A stretch of DNA of 64,000 bases from Felis catus (Eukaryota), in NCBI RefSeq assembly GCF_018350175.1, contig NC_058373.1, forward strand, positions 103,108,001-103,172,000, written 5' to 3'. Shown here in pieces: positions 38,878-51,537 of the stretch. The translations under genes were made by a program, and so were the position numbers. A model generated the notes under the pieces. It ran no database searches. It saw nothing but the letters and a program-made list of their open reading frames with translations, and had not been told where the DNA came from. Within the stretch, counting starts at the first letter, position 1. Each line of letters begins with the position of its first letter.

Positions 38878-39516
38878 AAAGAGGGATCTGTACTCTAAAT
38901 TTCTTCTTTGTTCTGATCTCTGTGATATACATTCATTTATTCTAAACAGCTAATATGGGGTGAACATTCAGTTATACTCTAAGCACTGTTCTACATGCTT
39001 ATGATGCATTATTTCTTTAACTCTCTTAAGAATCTTGCAAAGTAGGTATATTGTTGTCTCCACTTTTAAGGTTAAGAGATTGATGACCAGAGAATTTAAG
39101 TAACTTGCCCAAAGTCACACAGCTAGTAGGTGGAGGAGACAGAAATCAAATCCAGATGTTTCTAATAGCAAAGCTCCTGCCATGAACCACAGCCTCAGGG
39201 GTTACAGGGGTAATCCATCGACACAGTAGAAAGTAGGATGGGGTCCAGGCAAAAAGAAGCTTCTTACAAGGAAGAAGGGCTCAGAGACCTAAGAAATGAA
39301 ACTAGAGAATTTTCAGACCATGTGGCAGGTACAGTTCTGTCACTGCTCAGCACCCTGGCCTCCTGTGTCCTTCGCTGTCAGCACACAGCCTCTCTCAAAC
39401 ACTGAGGGGACAGAATGGAGCTGCCCTCAAGAAGGTGGCAGAAGCTGAGAGTGTGGAAATGTTTCAGGTCAGCTCTTACTGGCATTTCTGTTTTGAAATC
39501 AGGATAGCTTGGGAAA

Positions 39517-39549
<33 letters not shown>

Positions 39550-40209
39550 CAGGACAGATGGTTGTTCCTAGGAAAGCTTCCTTGAAGAAATGGCATTCTG
39601 TGTCCTTATTTAACACAGCGCAAACCCTAACTTTGAGTGTCTTATGTGTATTACAACTTTTAAAATAGGAGACTGGCCTCTGCACATCGGCGCTGCACAC
39701 AGTGTTGGAGACGGTGAGCAGAAATTCAGACGCGTGAGTCAATGCGCATCGATAGAGACCCTCTTGCCACTTTAACAAGGTGCCGTGAATAATTCTGAAC
39801 CTGAGATCACTCACTAGTTAACATGCTCAGCAATAATTGAATACAGCTGTTTGAACATTACTGAATGATTTCTAGTTCCGAGGTAGGAAGCATCAGAAAG
39901 ACTTTGTTACTCTGATGACAAAAAAAGGAATCTCTTCTTGCAAACTTTGGTTCCAGAAAAATACTTGTACACATGTTCGGGGAGGAAAACCATGGCAAGC
40001 TTTTTGACATGTAATACAGAAACGCCAGTTCCAGGCCTCGCCCATCAGCTCATAAAAATACATATAATTTGAAATGTCTATTTTTCAAGTTACTCCCGTG
40101 AATTATTGTGAAGAAGGCCCATATTTTATGTTCATCAAAAAACAATTTTTTTCATATGTTCACTCCAGAAAAGGTTTAAAATAATAGAACTTTCTCCTTG
40201 AAAGAAAGC

Positions 40210-40992
40210 GTTCCAGTTAACTTCATAATAAACGATCTGAAAATATAGCAGCTTAAAACAATCGTTTTTACTCTGGTCACAGATTATGTGGATCAGGAAT
40301 TTGGATGTGTTGACTCTGCTCCGTGATGTCTGAGATCTCAGCTAAGAAGGCTTCACACTTGAGGCTGCTGCAAAGGCTGGAGGCTGGAGTCCCCTGGGGT
40401 GGCCTCCCTCCCACACCTGGCACCCGGGCTAAGATGCCGTGATGAGCACAGACCCGAGCCCCTGCGTGCGTCCTCTGCGTGGGGTCTGGCTTCCTCCCAG
40501 CATGGCAGCCTCAGGGATCCAAATGCAAGTGTTCCCAGCAAACAAAGCAGAAGCTGAATCACCTGTGGGGACCCATACCGTCACTCTGACCACACTCTCA
40601 ACGTTTATTTATTTTTTAGGACAGAGAGAGACAGAGCATGAACGGGGGAGGGGAGACACAGAACGGGGGAGAGAGAGGGAGACACAGAACCGGAAACAGG
40701 CTCCAGGCTCTGAGCCATCAGCCCAGAGCCTGACGCGGGGCTCGAACTCACGGACCGCGAGATCGTGACCTGGCTGAAGTCGGACGCTTAACCAACTGCG
40801 CCACCCAGGCGCCCCTGACCACACTCTCTTGGCCAAAGCAGTGAAAGGCTCACCCAGATTCAAGGGGAGGGTGACATACAAATATCTATGGATTCTCCAT
40901 TGCTGATGGAGTCATGACAGGTCACATCGCAGAAGAGCACGTGAAATGGGAGTTATTGTTGCAGTTGTCTTTGGAAAAATACCGTCTGCCAT
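40210..40992 (-). mobile_element. MLT1 (F/G-like) MaLR LTR interrupted by a SINE
   Basis: GCAGCTTAAAACAATC...GTGGATCAGGAATTTGG...CCCAGATTCAAGGGGAGGG...GTCTTTGGAAAAATACCGTCTGCCA. Confidence 0.7.
40600..40815 (-). mobile_element. Young SINEC_Fc
   Basis: CpG-intact SINE with a perfect TSD tgaccacactctc (40587-40599 and 40816-40828). Confidence 0.95.
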
Positions 40993-43791
40993 CGGTGGTT
41001 CAGGATGCACGTTACCTGTGAGTAGACGACTGGAGGGAAAAAAATTGAACCGGAATAAGCTCCTTGAAGGAATACATGTTTTATCCAGACACAGTTAACA
41101 ACAATGGTCATAATGACAGTAACTAAATCTTAAAGGGTTCACTGTGTACCAGACATTTTTCCAAGTGTCTATATTAATTCAGTTCATCCTCAGTGGAAAA
41201 TGGGCTGCAAAAAGGTTAAGTAACGAGCCCAAAGTCACAAAGCTAGAAATCAATGAAAGCAGGCCTTGAGCCCTGGCAGCTCAGTGCCCCTTGCTGCGTG
41301 CTCTCACCACTCGACTGTGCTGCCTCTCCAATCCAGTGGGAGAAATAAGTAAAGTAAAATGAAAAGCAAACTGTGAATTGACGTTTATTGCTAGGCCATG
41401 CTAGGGAATGGGGACCAAGATTTATGGATTCCCCACCACCTGCCAGGTACTATGCCCCCCATATCACCCCTTTTAATTCTCACAATAACCCTGTGAGGCA
41501 GATATTACTACCGTCACCTTATAGAAGAGCGAATGGAGGGGCAGAGGTGTGAAGTGACCCGCCCCCAGTCACAGAGCCGGCAAATGGTGGCCCTGGAATT
41601 CAGATTTATTACTTGATTTACTCAATTTATCTGCTCTTCCCGTCTTTCTATAGCTACAGTCTACCTCCTCTGAAAGGTTTTGGTGTCTGGGTCCATTTGA
41701 ATCCTAGCTGAAAAATTCACTACGGAGTGTTTTGCTTCTCAGTAGAATGGCATTTGGACGACACAGCTGAATGATTCCAAGCAGCGAAAAATCTCTTAGT
41801 TTGATTATGGAGCTTTGGGGACCAGTACTGCCACATTTGTGTTTATCTTTATGAATTCCTGCTGGACACGAACCATGACTTTTATCTTAGATAATAAGCC
41901 TGAATTCTGGAAGGATTTTTTTTTTCCTCTAAGAATATGACTTATTGAATACCTGACATTTTCAAGAATTTATCCTTTGCCCTATCAGACCATTAAGTGA
42001 GCAGTAAGTGCTCTGAAAAGGCCTGTGTTTTACTTGGTCTTCAGCTATAATTTGATAGGCACTCAACCGTAACATTATGATGATGAAGCACTTAGGGGGA
42101 GGACTGTGCCTCTGCAAGATGCTTTCTAAATATTTTCTCGTCTCTGCTTCTCCCCTCCAAGTCTCCAGTCCTAACTGTGCTGGGGCCCTTAAGTGATTCT
42201 AGGAGAGTTTTGTGAGCTGCCATGGAAGAGAGGGGCAATTTGATTTTGGAGTCCATAGATAGTTTTACATCTACTTTATTCTATTAATGTGACTGACAGC
42301 TTCAGCTCTTGTGCCAGATTGCCCTCCTTTGACTTGCTTCATGTGCTGACAGCTGATGTTTTAACGCACTCGTGATCTGTGGATTCAGAGGGTTATACTG
42401 TTGGCCCTTTTCTTCAACAACAAAAATGGCGTGAAATATATCATGACTGAAAGACTGACACTGTGTTTTCCAGGGCTAGGACTTAGCAGACTATCCTAGG
42501 CTTTATCCATAAAGCAAGTTGAGGGGTTTCAGTTGTAATGCTTTTACCAAGTTATAATGACATTATTTGGAATCACATCTGTCCCTCATGGGTTAGAATG
42601 TAAACGAGTGACAGGAGGTCAAGGGGAAGTCACAAAGTTCTTAAAACAGTTGCAGAATTCACCAACACAACATTCAGGCATCAATACAAACAGGAAGCTA
42701 ATGAGTGAATGATCTCTCTTATGTCATATAAAAGGATATAAAATCCATTTGGATGTATTTATTTTAGCTCACTTTCTAGTACAAAAGCTCTTTGACAAGG
42801 AGCCAAGCCTTTTTCATCTCAGTGTTTGGTTAGTGCCTAGCACATAGTACATTTTTAATTGATGTCTGTTGACTTGTTCAGAACTCTCAGACACATGCTC
42901 ACAAGACTTTGTTTAAACTTGGAATCCCTTGCCAGAGAAACTCAAGAAGGAAAAAGCTGTATTTTTTTACATGTGGCTCAACCCTACCCCCCGACTCTCC
43001 AGCCCAGTGCTCTCCGTTTGAAATCATCTTTAGCATTCAATGGACTGAGGTATGTTGTATAATAATTGTGATTTACTCTAGTCCTGCTGGAACCCTTATT
43101 TATAGCTCACCTCATCTCCTTGAGGGCTCCAGACTGTTCACAGTGTGTCTGTTCACAGAATGCCTAGTGGACACTCAATATAATTTGCAGAATGACTGCA
43201 ATGACTGAGTCATCTGTCTTATTAGGAAAAGCTTTTCTACTGAGTTCTTTCCTAGTCACAGAAGTTACTCATCAAATCCCATTTGGGATGAAACTGCTGT
43301 CCTTTGCAAATACTCAAGATATGCAAGCTTTGGTGTTTGCCTTCGTTTTTGTTTTTTTGTTTTTTGTTTTTTTCCGGGAGCACCGGAAGGGGAAGAGGCC
43401 ATCCCCTTTTGTCTTTTGAGGCATATTAAATGCAGTCTTCATCCAGATTGAAAGCATGCACACAAAAAACAATTATCTTCTTCTCATTACAAGAAAAAAA
43501 AATACACTCGAGCTAGTGTAAGTAATGAGGACTTTGTTGTAAGGGTCTCATGAAATCCTCTGAATCTGATGATATAGCTGGGGACTTATGGGAACTCAAA
43601 TATCTGCAAGCAGATCAGTTTTCTGGGTCTTTCTCAGAGTCTTGCCCTTACTTCTTTTTGCACATAAGCTGCATCTTCCCTGTGGAAATGAGCCTCTTCT
43701 ACAGGCCTTTTGGGGTCTGCTTTCCCATAACTTTGCCTGTGCTTAACTTTGAATTTAGCTATGTTTTTAATTTGGCCAAGAAGCCAATTCT

Positions 43792-44798
43792 TCTTCTTTT
43801 TTTTTTAATTTTCCTAAATATATTTTTATTCATTTTATTTAAGAATAACACTACTTGTTATTTTATCTGCCAATTTATTTATTTTATATATTTTTTATGA
43901 ATATAATTTATTGTCAAATTGGCTTACATATAACACCCAGTGCTCATCCCAACAGTGCCCTCCTCAATGCCCATCATCCATTTTCCCCTCTCTCCCACAT
44001 CCCCATCAATCCTCAGATTGTTCTCTGTATTTAAGAGTCTCTTAGGGTTTGCCTCTCTCCCTCTCTGTTTGTAACTATTTTTTTCCCCTTCCCCTCCCCC
44101 ATGGTCTTCTGTTAAGTTTCTCAAGATCCACATATGAGTGAAAACATATGATATCTGTCCTTCTCTAACTTATGTCACTCAGCATAATACCTTCCATTTC
44201 CATCCACGTTGCTGCAAATGGCACGATTTCATTCTTTCTCATTGCCACGTAGTACTCCATTGTGTCTATAAACCACAATTTCTTTATCCATTCATCAGTT
44301 GATGGGCATTTAGGCTCTTTCCATAAATTGGCAATTGTTGAAATCACTGCTATAAAAATTAGGGTACACGTGCCCCTATGCATCAGCACTCCTGTATCCC
44401 TTGGGTAAATTCCTAGTAGTGCTATTGCTGGGTTGTAGAATAGTTCTCTTTTTAATTTTTTGAGGAACCTCCACACTGTTTTCCAGAGTGGCTGCACCAG
44501 TTTGCATTCCCACCAACAGTGCAAGAGGGTTCCCGTTTCTCCACATCCTCACCGGCATCTGATTTGTTCGCTTAAGCCACTCTGACCAGTGTGAGGTGGT
44601 ATCTCAGTGTGGCTTTGATTTGTATTTCCCTGATGATGAATGACTTGAGCATCTTTTCATGTGTCTGTTGGCCATCTGGATGTCTTCTTTGGAAAAGTGT
44701 CTATTCATGTCTTCTGCCCATTTCTTCACTGGATTATTTGTTTTTTGAGTGTTGAGTTTGGTAAGTTCTTTATAGATTTTGGATCCTAGCCCTTTACG
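43792..44798 (-). mobile_element. 5'-truncated felid L1 (L1_Fc-like) 3' end with an extra 3' segment
   Basis: Reverse ORF2 C-terminus ([24 protein letters not shown]...) and 3'UTR, with a perfect TSD aagaagccaattct (43778-43791 and 44799-44812). Confidence 0.93.
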
Positions 44799-47700
44799 AA
44801 GAAGCCAATTCTATTACGAAGTTTTTATGACCTTATGGCTCTAGAGCCTAAGATGTAGATGATTTGGTCTCTCTTTCAATATCCAAAATTTCTAGGAGAC
44901 ATAATTTGAACAACCTAACTTGAGTCACGTGACCACTCTTGGTCCAGCTGCCAAGGGGATGCATCATACCCCTTTAGGGCAGTTAGCAGGGAAAGTTCTC
45001 CAAAAGGGGGGTGGGCAAGAGAAAATGATGGATATATCTAGATCAAGAACCTTCAGAAATTGCTCTGAAAAATGTGTTTTTAGAAGAAGGAAATACTTTT
45101 GTTTAGATGAATTGTCATGAGAACATTTAAAATAAAAATGATGAAAATTCATTCTCATTCTTTGTACCTAATACTACTTCACTTTTTGTTGCTAAAATAC
45201 ATCTTCATCTCTGAATCTGCTATTTTTCTCCCACAAATTATCTTTAGAGGATAATTTTGTGAACCCTGGTCTTGTAGGTCCTAAGTTAGAAGCCAAATAA
45301 CAAAGATAAATCCTTCGAACATTTCTTGTTCCTTCTGGCAGTTTCATTTGTAATGATCATTTGGCCTGAATTAAAGTGAGGTTAGAGATAGTGGAAATCA
45401 AACTCCAGGGAAAGGATTGAAAAAGCTGGGGACACTTTTGAGGCCTAAGAAGATAAAAGAGATTGTAAGTAGCCTTGAACTTTTCTCTGATAATTTACTC
45501 ATTTAAAAATCTGCCTTCTTCAAAACTAATACATGAATTTATTGAAGAATTAGCTTTGTAAAATACGGATAATCTTACATCTTAAAAATTAAAATAAAGA
45601 CTGACTAGCAATGACTGTACATGTGAACATTAAAAAAAATTTTTTTAATGATACCATTTTAACTTAATTGTGTAAAATTTATAATTTTAACGCCCTGTTA
45701 CCAAGAGCTTGCTTCAATTCAGCCCCAAATATCCCACCTACATTTGGTGTGTTTATGGTAACTAATGTAGAAAGGCCACGGGCTGCCAACTGATATTGGA
45801 CCGTGAAACTTGATAATATATTTATTACACTGACATTGATCCTTTCAGTAATGAAATTTGAGAAAATTGGGGGTTAGCAGCCACGCAAAGCATCTTAATG
45901 TTGGCCTGCTTTCCCAAAGCAACACGCTTGGACCTCTCCCTCACCCGTGCTGATGCAGGCAAACCTCCCAGCCAGCTGCACTAGTCCCTCGGGCAGCTAG
46001 GGCAGAATGCTCTGGGAGAAAGCTGGGTATTGCAGACCTCCCGTAGTAGGTCTGCAATAACGAGGAGAGCGCCCAACCTGAGTGGAGAGCGTGTGAGTCT
46101 GCGTGCGCGTGCACATCTCTGCGCACATGCGTGGTGCCGAGGTAGTCCAGTAGAAACCGAAGATTGAGCCCGTGGTCACTGGCATCCGCCGGGAGAGAAA
46201 CGGCTCTCTTTCATGCTAAAGGGAAATACTGGGCCCCTCAAATGGCCTCAGAACCCCAAGCTCTTACTGGAGGGTTGACCCCTTCCCCCTCCCCTCCCTA
46301 TAGTATGTTATGAATAGGCGTCTTTGGCCCTGTGCTTTTGGCCACTTTAGGACAAGGAAGTATATCCAGTTGGTTAAATGGTCCTACATGCTAGAAATGT
46401 ATGTATGACACCAACTATTCATGGTGTGGCCATATAAAAGGACATTCAGCCAATATTTCCAAGAAGTATAGATCAAAATATATTTTAATTTAAAAAGTAA
46501 TTACAAGGCATCATAGCATATCACATGGATTCTGGAACCAGATATTTTGAGTCTAAAGCACAGTTCTGCTGCTTACTACCTGTATAACCCTGGTCAAGAC
46601 ACTTAAATTCTCTATCCCTCAATTTCTTCGTCTATATCCTGAGGATAATGATCTATTTCATCTGGTTATTGTAAGGATTAAATATGTTAATTTGTATAAA
46701 GCCCGTACAACTGTGCCTGGCAATAATCAACAGTCTGTGTTGTTATTATCATTAGCTACTGCACTTCAAAACTAAGGCTTAGAGAGGTAGAGACTTATTA
46801 AAGGCCATGTGATGATCAGCCACAAAGTTCCTGTTTGACGCTGGGCTTTTTGTTAATACTGTAAATAAAACTTTGCTGTTTGCTTTTTGTTAATACTCTA
46901 AATAAAATCAAACTTTGCTTTGCTGACTCTGTGAAAGAAGTATAACATTATCCATATTTATCTTTAGTTATAGGCAGAGAAAACTAAAGAATGAAAAGTG
47001 AAATTTTATACTAAAGGTGATGTTCCTTTCTAATTTGCTTTTTTTTTTTTTTTTTTGTCATTGAGCTGTCCTGACTTTACTGTCATTCTCTCTGCCGTGA
47101 CACGCAAGAGTAGAATCCTTTGGCTGTCCTCCAGGCAGGGTATACCCTTCAGATGCTCTAGAACCACACCACTCAAACAATCCCAGGGTTCAGCACAAGG
47201 TCTGGCACACCGTAGACACTCACTGCCTATTAACTTATTTTAAGTGATTGAATGTCAATATCTCTCCTGCCATTTTGACCTCATCACCTCCTGTTTCAAA
47301 ACCTTCAACAAGATTTTTTTTTTTTTTTAAGTTTGAATTATTCATCCCGTGTTTCAGATCTTTCAGATATCTCGCCTGGAATGAACTTCCTTCTCTCCTT
47401 TTATGTAGTTGGCCCCTTTCACTATGCCTCACCTACTTTGCTTAATGTGTCTTCTTTGGCTATGTTCTTACTCATTTTTATCCCACACGTAGTACTAAAT
47501 ATAATACCTTCATACTTTAACATTTTGTTTACACTCAAATGTTTCTGCTCTCTTTCCATTGGAATTATAGTTGTAGGAGACAATTGGAGGTGTTTTCTCA
47601 GCCCACATCCTGCCTTCTCGCTTGCTCCCATAGCAGCCATGTTAGAACTTCATGGCCCTCACCCTTTAACCTAGGGTGGGACCAAGGGTGGTTTTTGGTT

Positions 47701-50700
47701 TTTGGTTTAAACCGCTAACTTTTGGGGGGTTTTGCTTTGCAGTAATAGATAGCTGGTGTATCATTATCCTCAAAAGTTGCTGAATAAAGTCTCTAATTAT
47801 GAATGAAAAACTATGCTTAGAGCTATCGACATTTCAACTTAATATCCATATGATTTTATTATAAAAAGATTATAGAGTGCAAGAAAGTTCTGTATTGAAT
47901 ATGATGTATAGTAGCAAACATATGGTGAGTCTGTGATAAATGCCAGAAAGATTATGAATTTTAAAATGCCTAGAGAAGAAGGGGAGGGCAAGGGATTTGA
48001 TTTTTTAAGTTTTTGTTGTTTTTTTTTTTTTAACTAGCTTTCAGCATCTGTTGGTCTGAACATAGACGAAGACACAGTTAATAAAACGCTTAACATGTAA
48101 TAAAGTGTTCATTATTTCATAGAAGAAATAAATGTGGTTAGTTCGGCTAAGATTCTTTGCTTCTCTTTTATGTATTTATGGCTTGTTTTTGGTGAACTGC
48201 AGATCTTTGCATATTGACTTTAGTTAATCACAACCTAAGGATTGAGTGCAAGAGGAGAAAGACCCCTCATGAAACTGATTGGTGACCAAGCAAAGAGAAA
48301 GGTTAATAGGAACTTAAATTTACCAGGCATGTGGATTTTTGTGCATTGACACTTTTGATTTTGTGGGTCTTAACGTGTTTAATTTCCCCTTTACCGTGAA
48401 TAAGCTGCAACCTTGGTTCAAGGTCCTTCAAAAAGAATGAAAAATGTCATTTTGCCTTATTATTTAGCTTAGGGGAATAGTTACAACATTTACCTGTTAT
48501 CTGGTGCTCGTGCCGACTTTCACTGTTGACTGTGGGGATCAGTCCCATCTGTGCTGGGCTGTCTGTATCAGCGTGCCCTTGGATTTTTCATGTGAACTGG
48601 CACGTGGTAGTGGAGATTAGGTCACTGTGTCTCATGTGTTGATTCTGCAGCTAAACACATCCAACCACTTGACGTAAGCAATTGTAATGGCTGAATCTAA
48701 AAGATCATGAAAAAGGAAGAATAAAACAAATGCATCCAGTGTGATTCAAGGTCGGAGGGACACTCATAAGCAAGTTGGAAGTGGATAAAACAGTAGATCA
48801 GCATTTTAGATTTAGCTTTCTGATATCAACTGATCTTTTAGTACTCCCTCATAATCATATAGCTGCGGAGCACCTTACAGTGTAGAGAGCATTCTCATTT
48901 GGATTCGTTTCTTATTTAGGTTCTAAGGTTCTAGTTGCTACAACTGGAACATCTCACAACTAGCAGGAAAGCCAGAGGCTGCACAGACCGTGCCATCCAG
49001 AGGCCCATACCCTCCCTCTGTCCCTTGTTTTGGGATTAAGAGTTTACCTCCAAAGTGTGAGCTCCTGGGACTCCTGGTTTCCTGCTGTCTTTCATGCACT
49101 TCTGTCATTTGCTTTATCTGTCATGGTGCCATAAAATAATAGGTCCTAAATAAATATTTATCAAATTGACTTATTATTACAGGACTGCACAGAACAAGTA
49201 CAGGAAGTTTTTAACACATTTACTGATTCATTTTTATTTAATATTTCCACATCCTCCACCCTACAAAATTTTTCCTGCAGTTTTATTCAAAAAATGACAA
49301 GACTATACACATTTTATTTGCAGCACCCAAGTTACTGTCACATGCATTATTTCATTTGATTTTCTCAAAAACTTTGTGAGATATATAGGCAGGAAATTAT
49401 TCTTATTTCACAGATGGGATAAGTAAGACAGGAACAAAGGGATTAAGTGATATGGAACTGAGGTCTCTGGCTCTTAAACTTGCCCTTTCTTTACTCTTTT
49501 AGGATGCCTTTCTTCTGCCTCAGTTTAACCTCTTTCCATGTGTCCCCGGCTCAGTGGCGATTGACAGTAAGGAGGCTGTCTTCCAGGGCTATCTCACTGT
49601 TACAAGTATGCTTCATTGTCCACAGTAACTCTGGCCTTGAGCTAAGAATGGAAAAATTAATTCTTTAATCATCTATCGTGGAGCTTCTAAAATGTCTGTC
49701 TTGATTTTACATGTTATGGTCTCGTATCTACATAGGTAACATTGTTAGGTGATTTTGTTTTTATTGTTTCAACAACCATACCTAACTCTCTAGTGATTTA
49801 TAGTATCACAGAGAAGCAGAGCAAATGTTCACATCATTATCCTGATGACCTGTATGATCTGGCTTCTACCTACATCTCCAACTTAATTTTATAATACTTT
49901 CCTGCTCATTCAGTAAGTTTAGACAACATGGAGTTCCTTCTGCTGCTAGTATAGGCCAAGCTCATTTCTATCTTAGGGCATTTGAACTTGCTATATCTTC
50001 TAGATGGAATATCATTGTTCCCTTGGATCTTCCACAGATTTTGCACAGGTGACTCTGTCTTGTCATAGTTCAGCTATCTGCTCAAAGCCCTCCTTAAAGA
50101 GGTCTTTCCTGGTCTCCTTGGTAAGTGGAAGGAGGTAGGTATAGAATAGTATGTTTAGTGTGCTTCCATTTCTGTGTGTTTTCTTAAATATTATTTATAC
50201 AAATATATACAAGGAATAGCACTGGAAAGATACACAAGAAATTGATAACAGTGGTGTCCACTAGGGAGAAGAATGGCAGGATGCAAATGGGAGTAAAACA
50301 TTTTTCACTCTGTTGTATTATTTGAATTGTTTACTACCTGTATGTATTACTTATTACAATAATTAAAGCCTCTTTAAAAGAGGGGGGGAAAGGACCTATA
50401 GGATAGCCTAAACCTAATAAATTGGAAATATAACAGAAATAAATATTGAATATTTCACTTAGATTCAGTAATTCAGTTATACAGTTCCTGGTGAAATGTG
50501 TCCCGCTTAAAAGCAATTCACCTGACAAAAAGTTAAAGTTTTATTGACCACAAGTTCAACATGACCCAACCGTGTGTCTGTTTAGAAAGTGACTACCTTC
50601 ACTCAACAGCAGAATGCACGTTTTTCTCAAGTACAAATAGAACATTGTCCAGGATAGGTCACACATTAGATAACAAAACAAATGTTAACAAATTTAAGGA

Positions 50701-51459
50701 GAGTGAAATCATATTCATATTTTTTTTCTGACCACAATGGAATTAAACTAGAAATAGCCAAGAAAATTAGAGAATTCACAAATATTTGGAAATTAAACAA
50801 CATATTCTTGAATAATCAATGGGGCAAAGAAGAAATTAAAAGGAAGTTACAATATATCTTGAGACAAATGAAAATAAAAGTACCACATACCAAACTTATG
50901 GGATGCAGCAAACAGTACTAAGAGGGAACTTTATAATGATAAATGCCTATACTACAAAAGACATAGAATCTTAAATAAACAACCTAATTCTACACCTCGA
51001 GGAGCTAGAAAAAGAAGAACAAACTAAGCCACAAGTTAGCAGGAGGAAGGCAATGGAGATTAGAGCAGAAATAAACAAAATAGAGAATAGAAAAAATCAA
51101 CAAAACTAAGAGTTCTTTTTTTTTTTTTTTTGAAAACATCAATGAAATCGACAAGTCTTTAGCTAGACTAGCTAAGCATAAAAGAGAAAGACTCCAGGAA
51201 ATAAAATCAGAAATAAAATAAATATTACCACTTCTTCAGAAATAAAAAGGATTACAAAAGTACGAAGAATAACTCTACACCAACCAACAGGATAACCTAA
51301 AAGAAATAGATGAATTTCTAGAAACATGTAACTTACCAAGATTGAATTGTGAAGTAATAGAAAACCTGACCAGACCTATAACTAGTAAAGAGATTGAATT
51401 AGCAATCAAAAACCTCCAACAAAGAAAATTCCAGGATGATGGCTTCACTGGTGACTTCC

Positions 51460-51537
51460 TCTATCTAACTATCTATCTATCTATCATCTATCTATCTATC
51501 ATCTATCTATCTATCTATCTATCTATCATCTATCATT
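51460..51537. repeat. (TATC)n/(GATA)n microsatellite at the poly(A) position of the RPL6 retrocopy
   Basis: Directly visible: ctatctatctatcatctatc... Confidence 0.95.
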
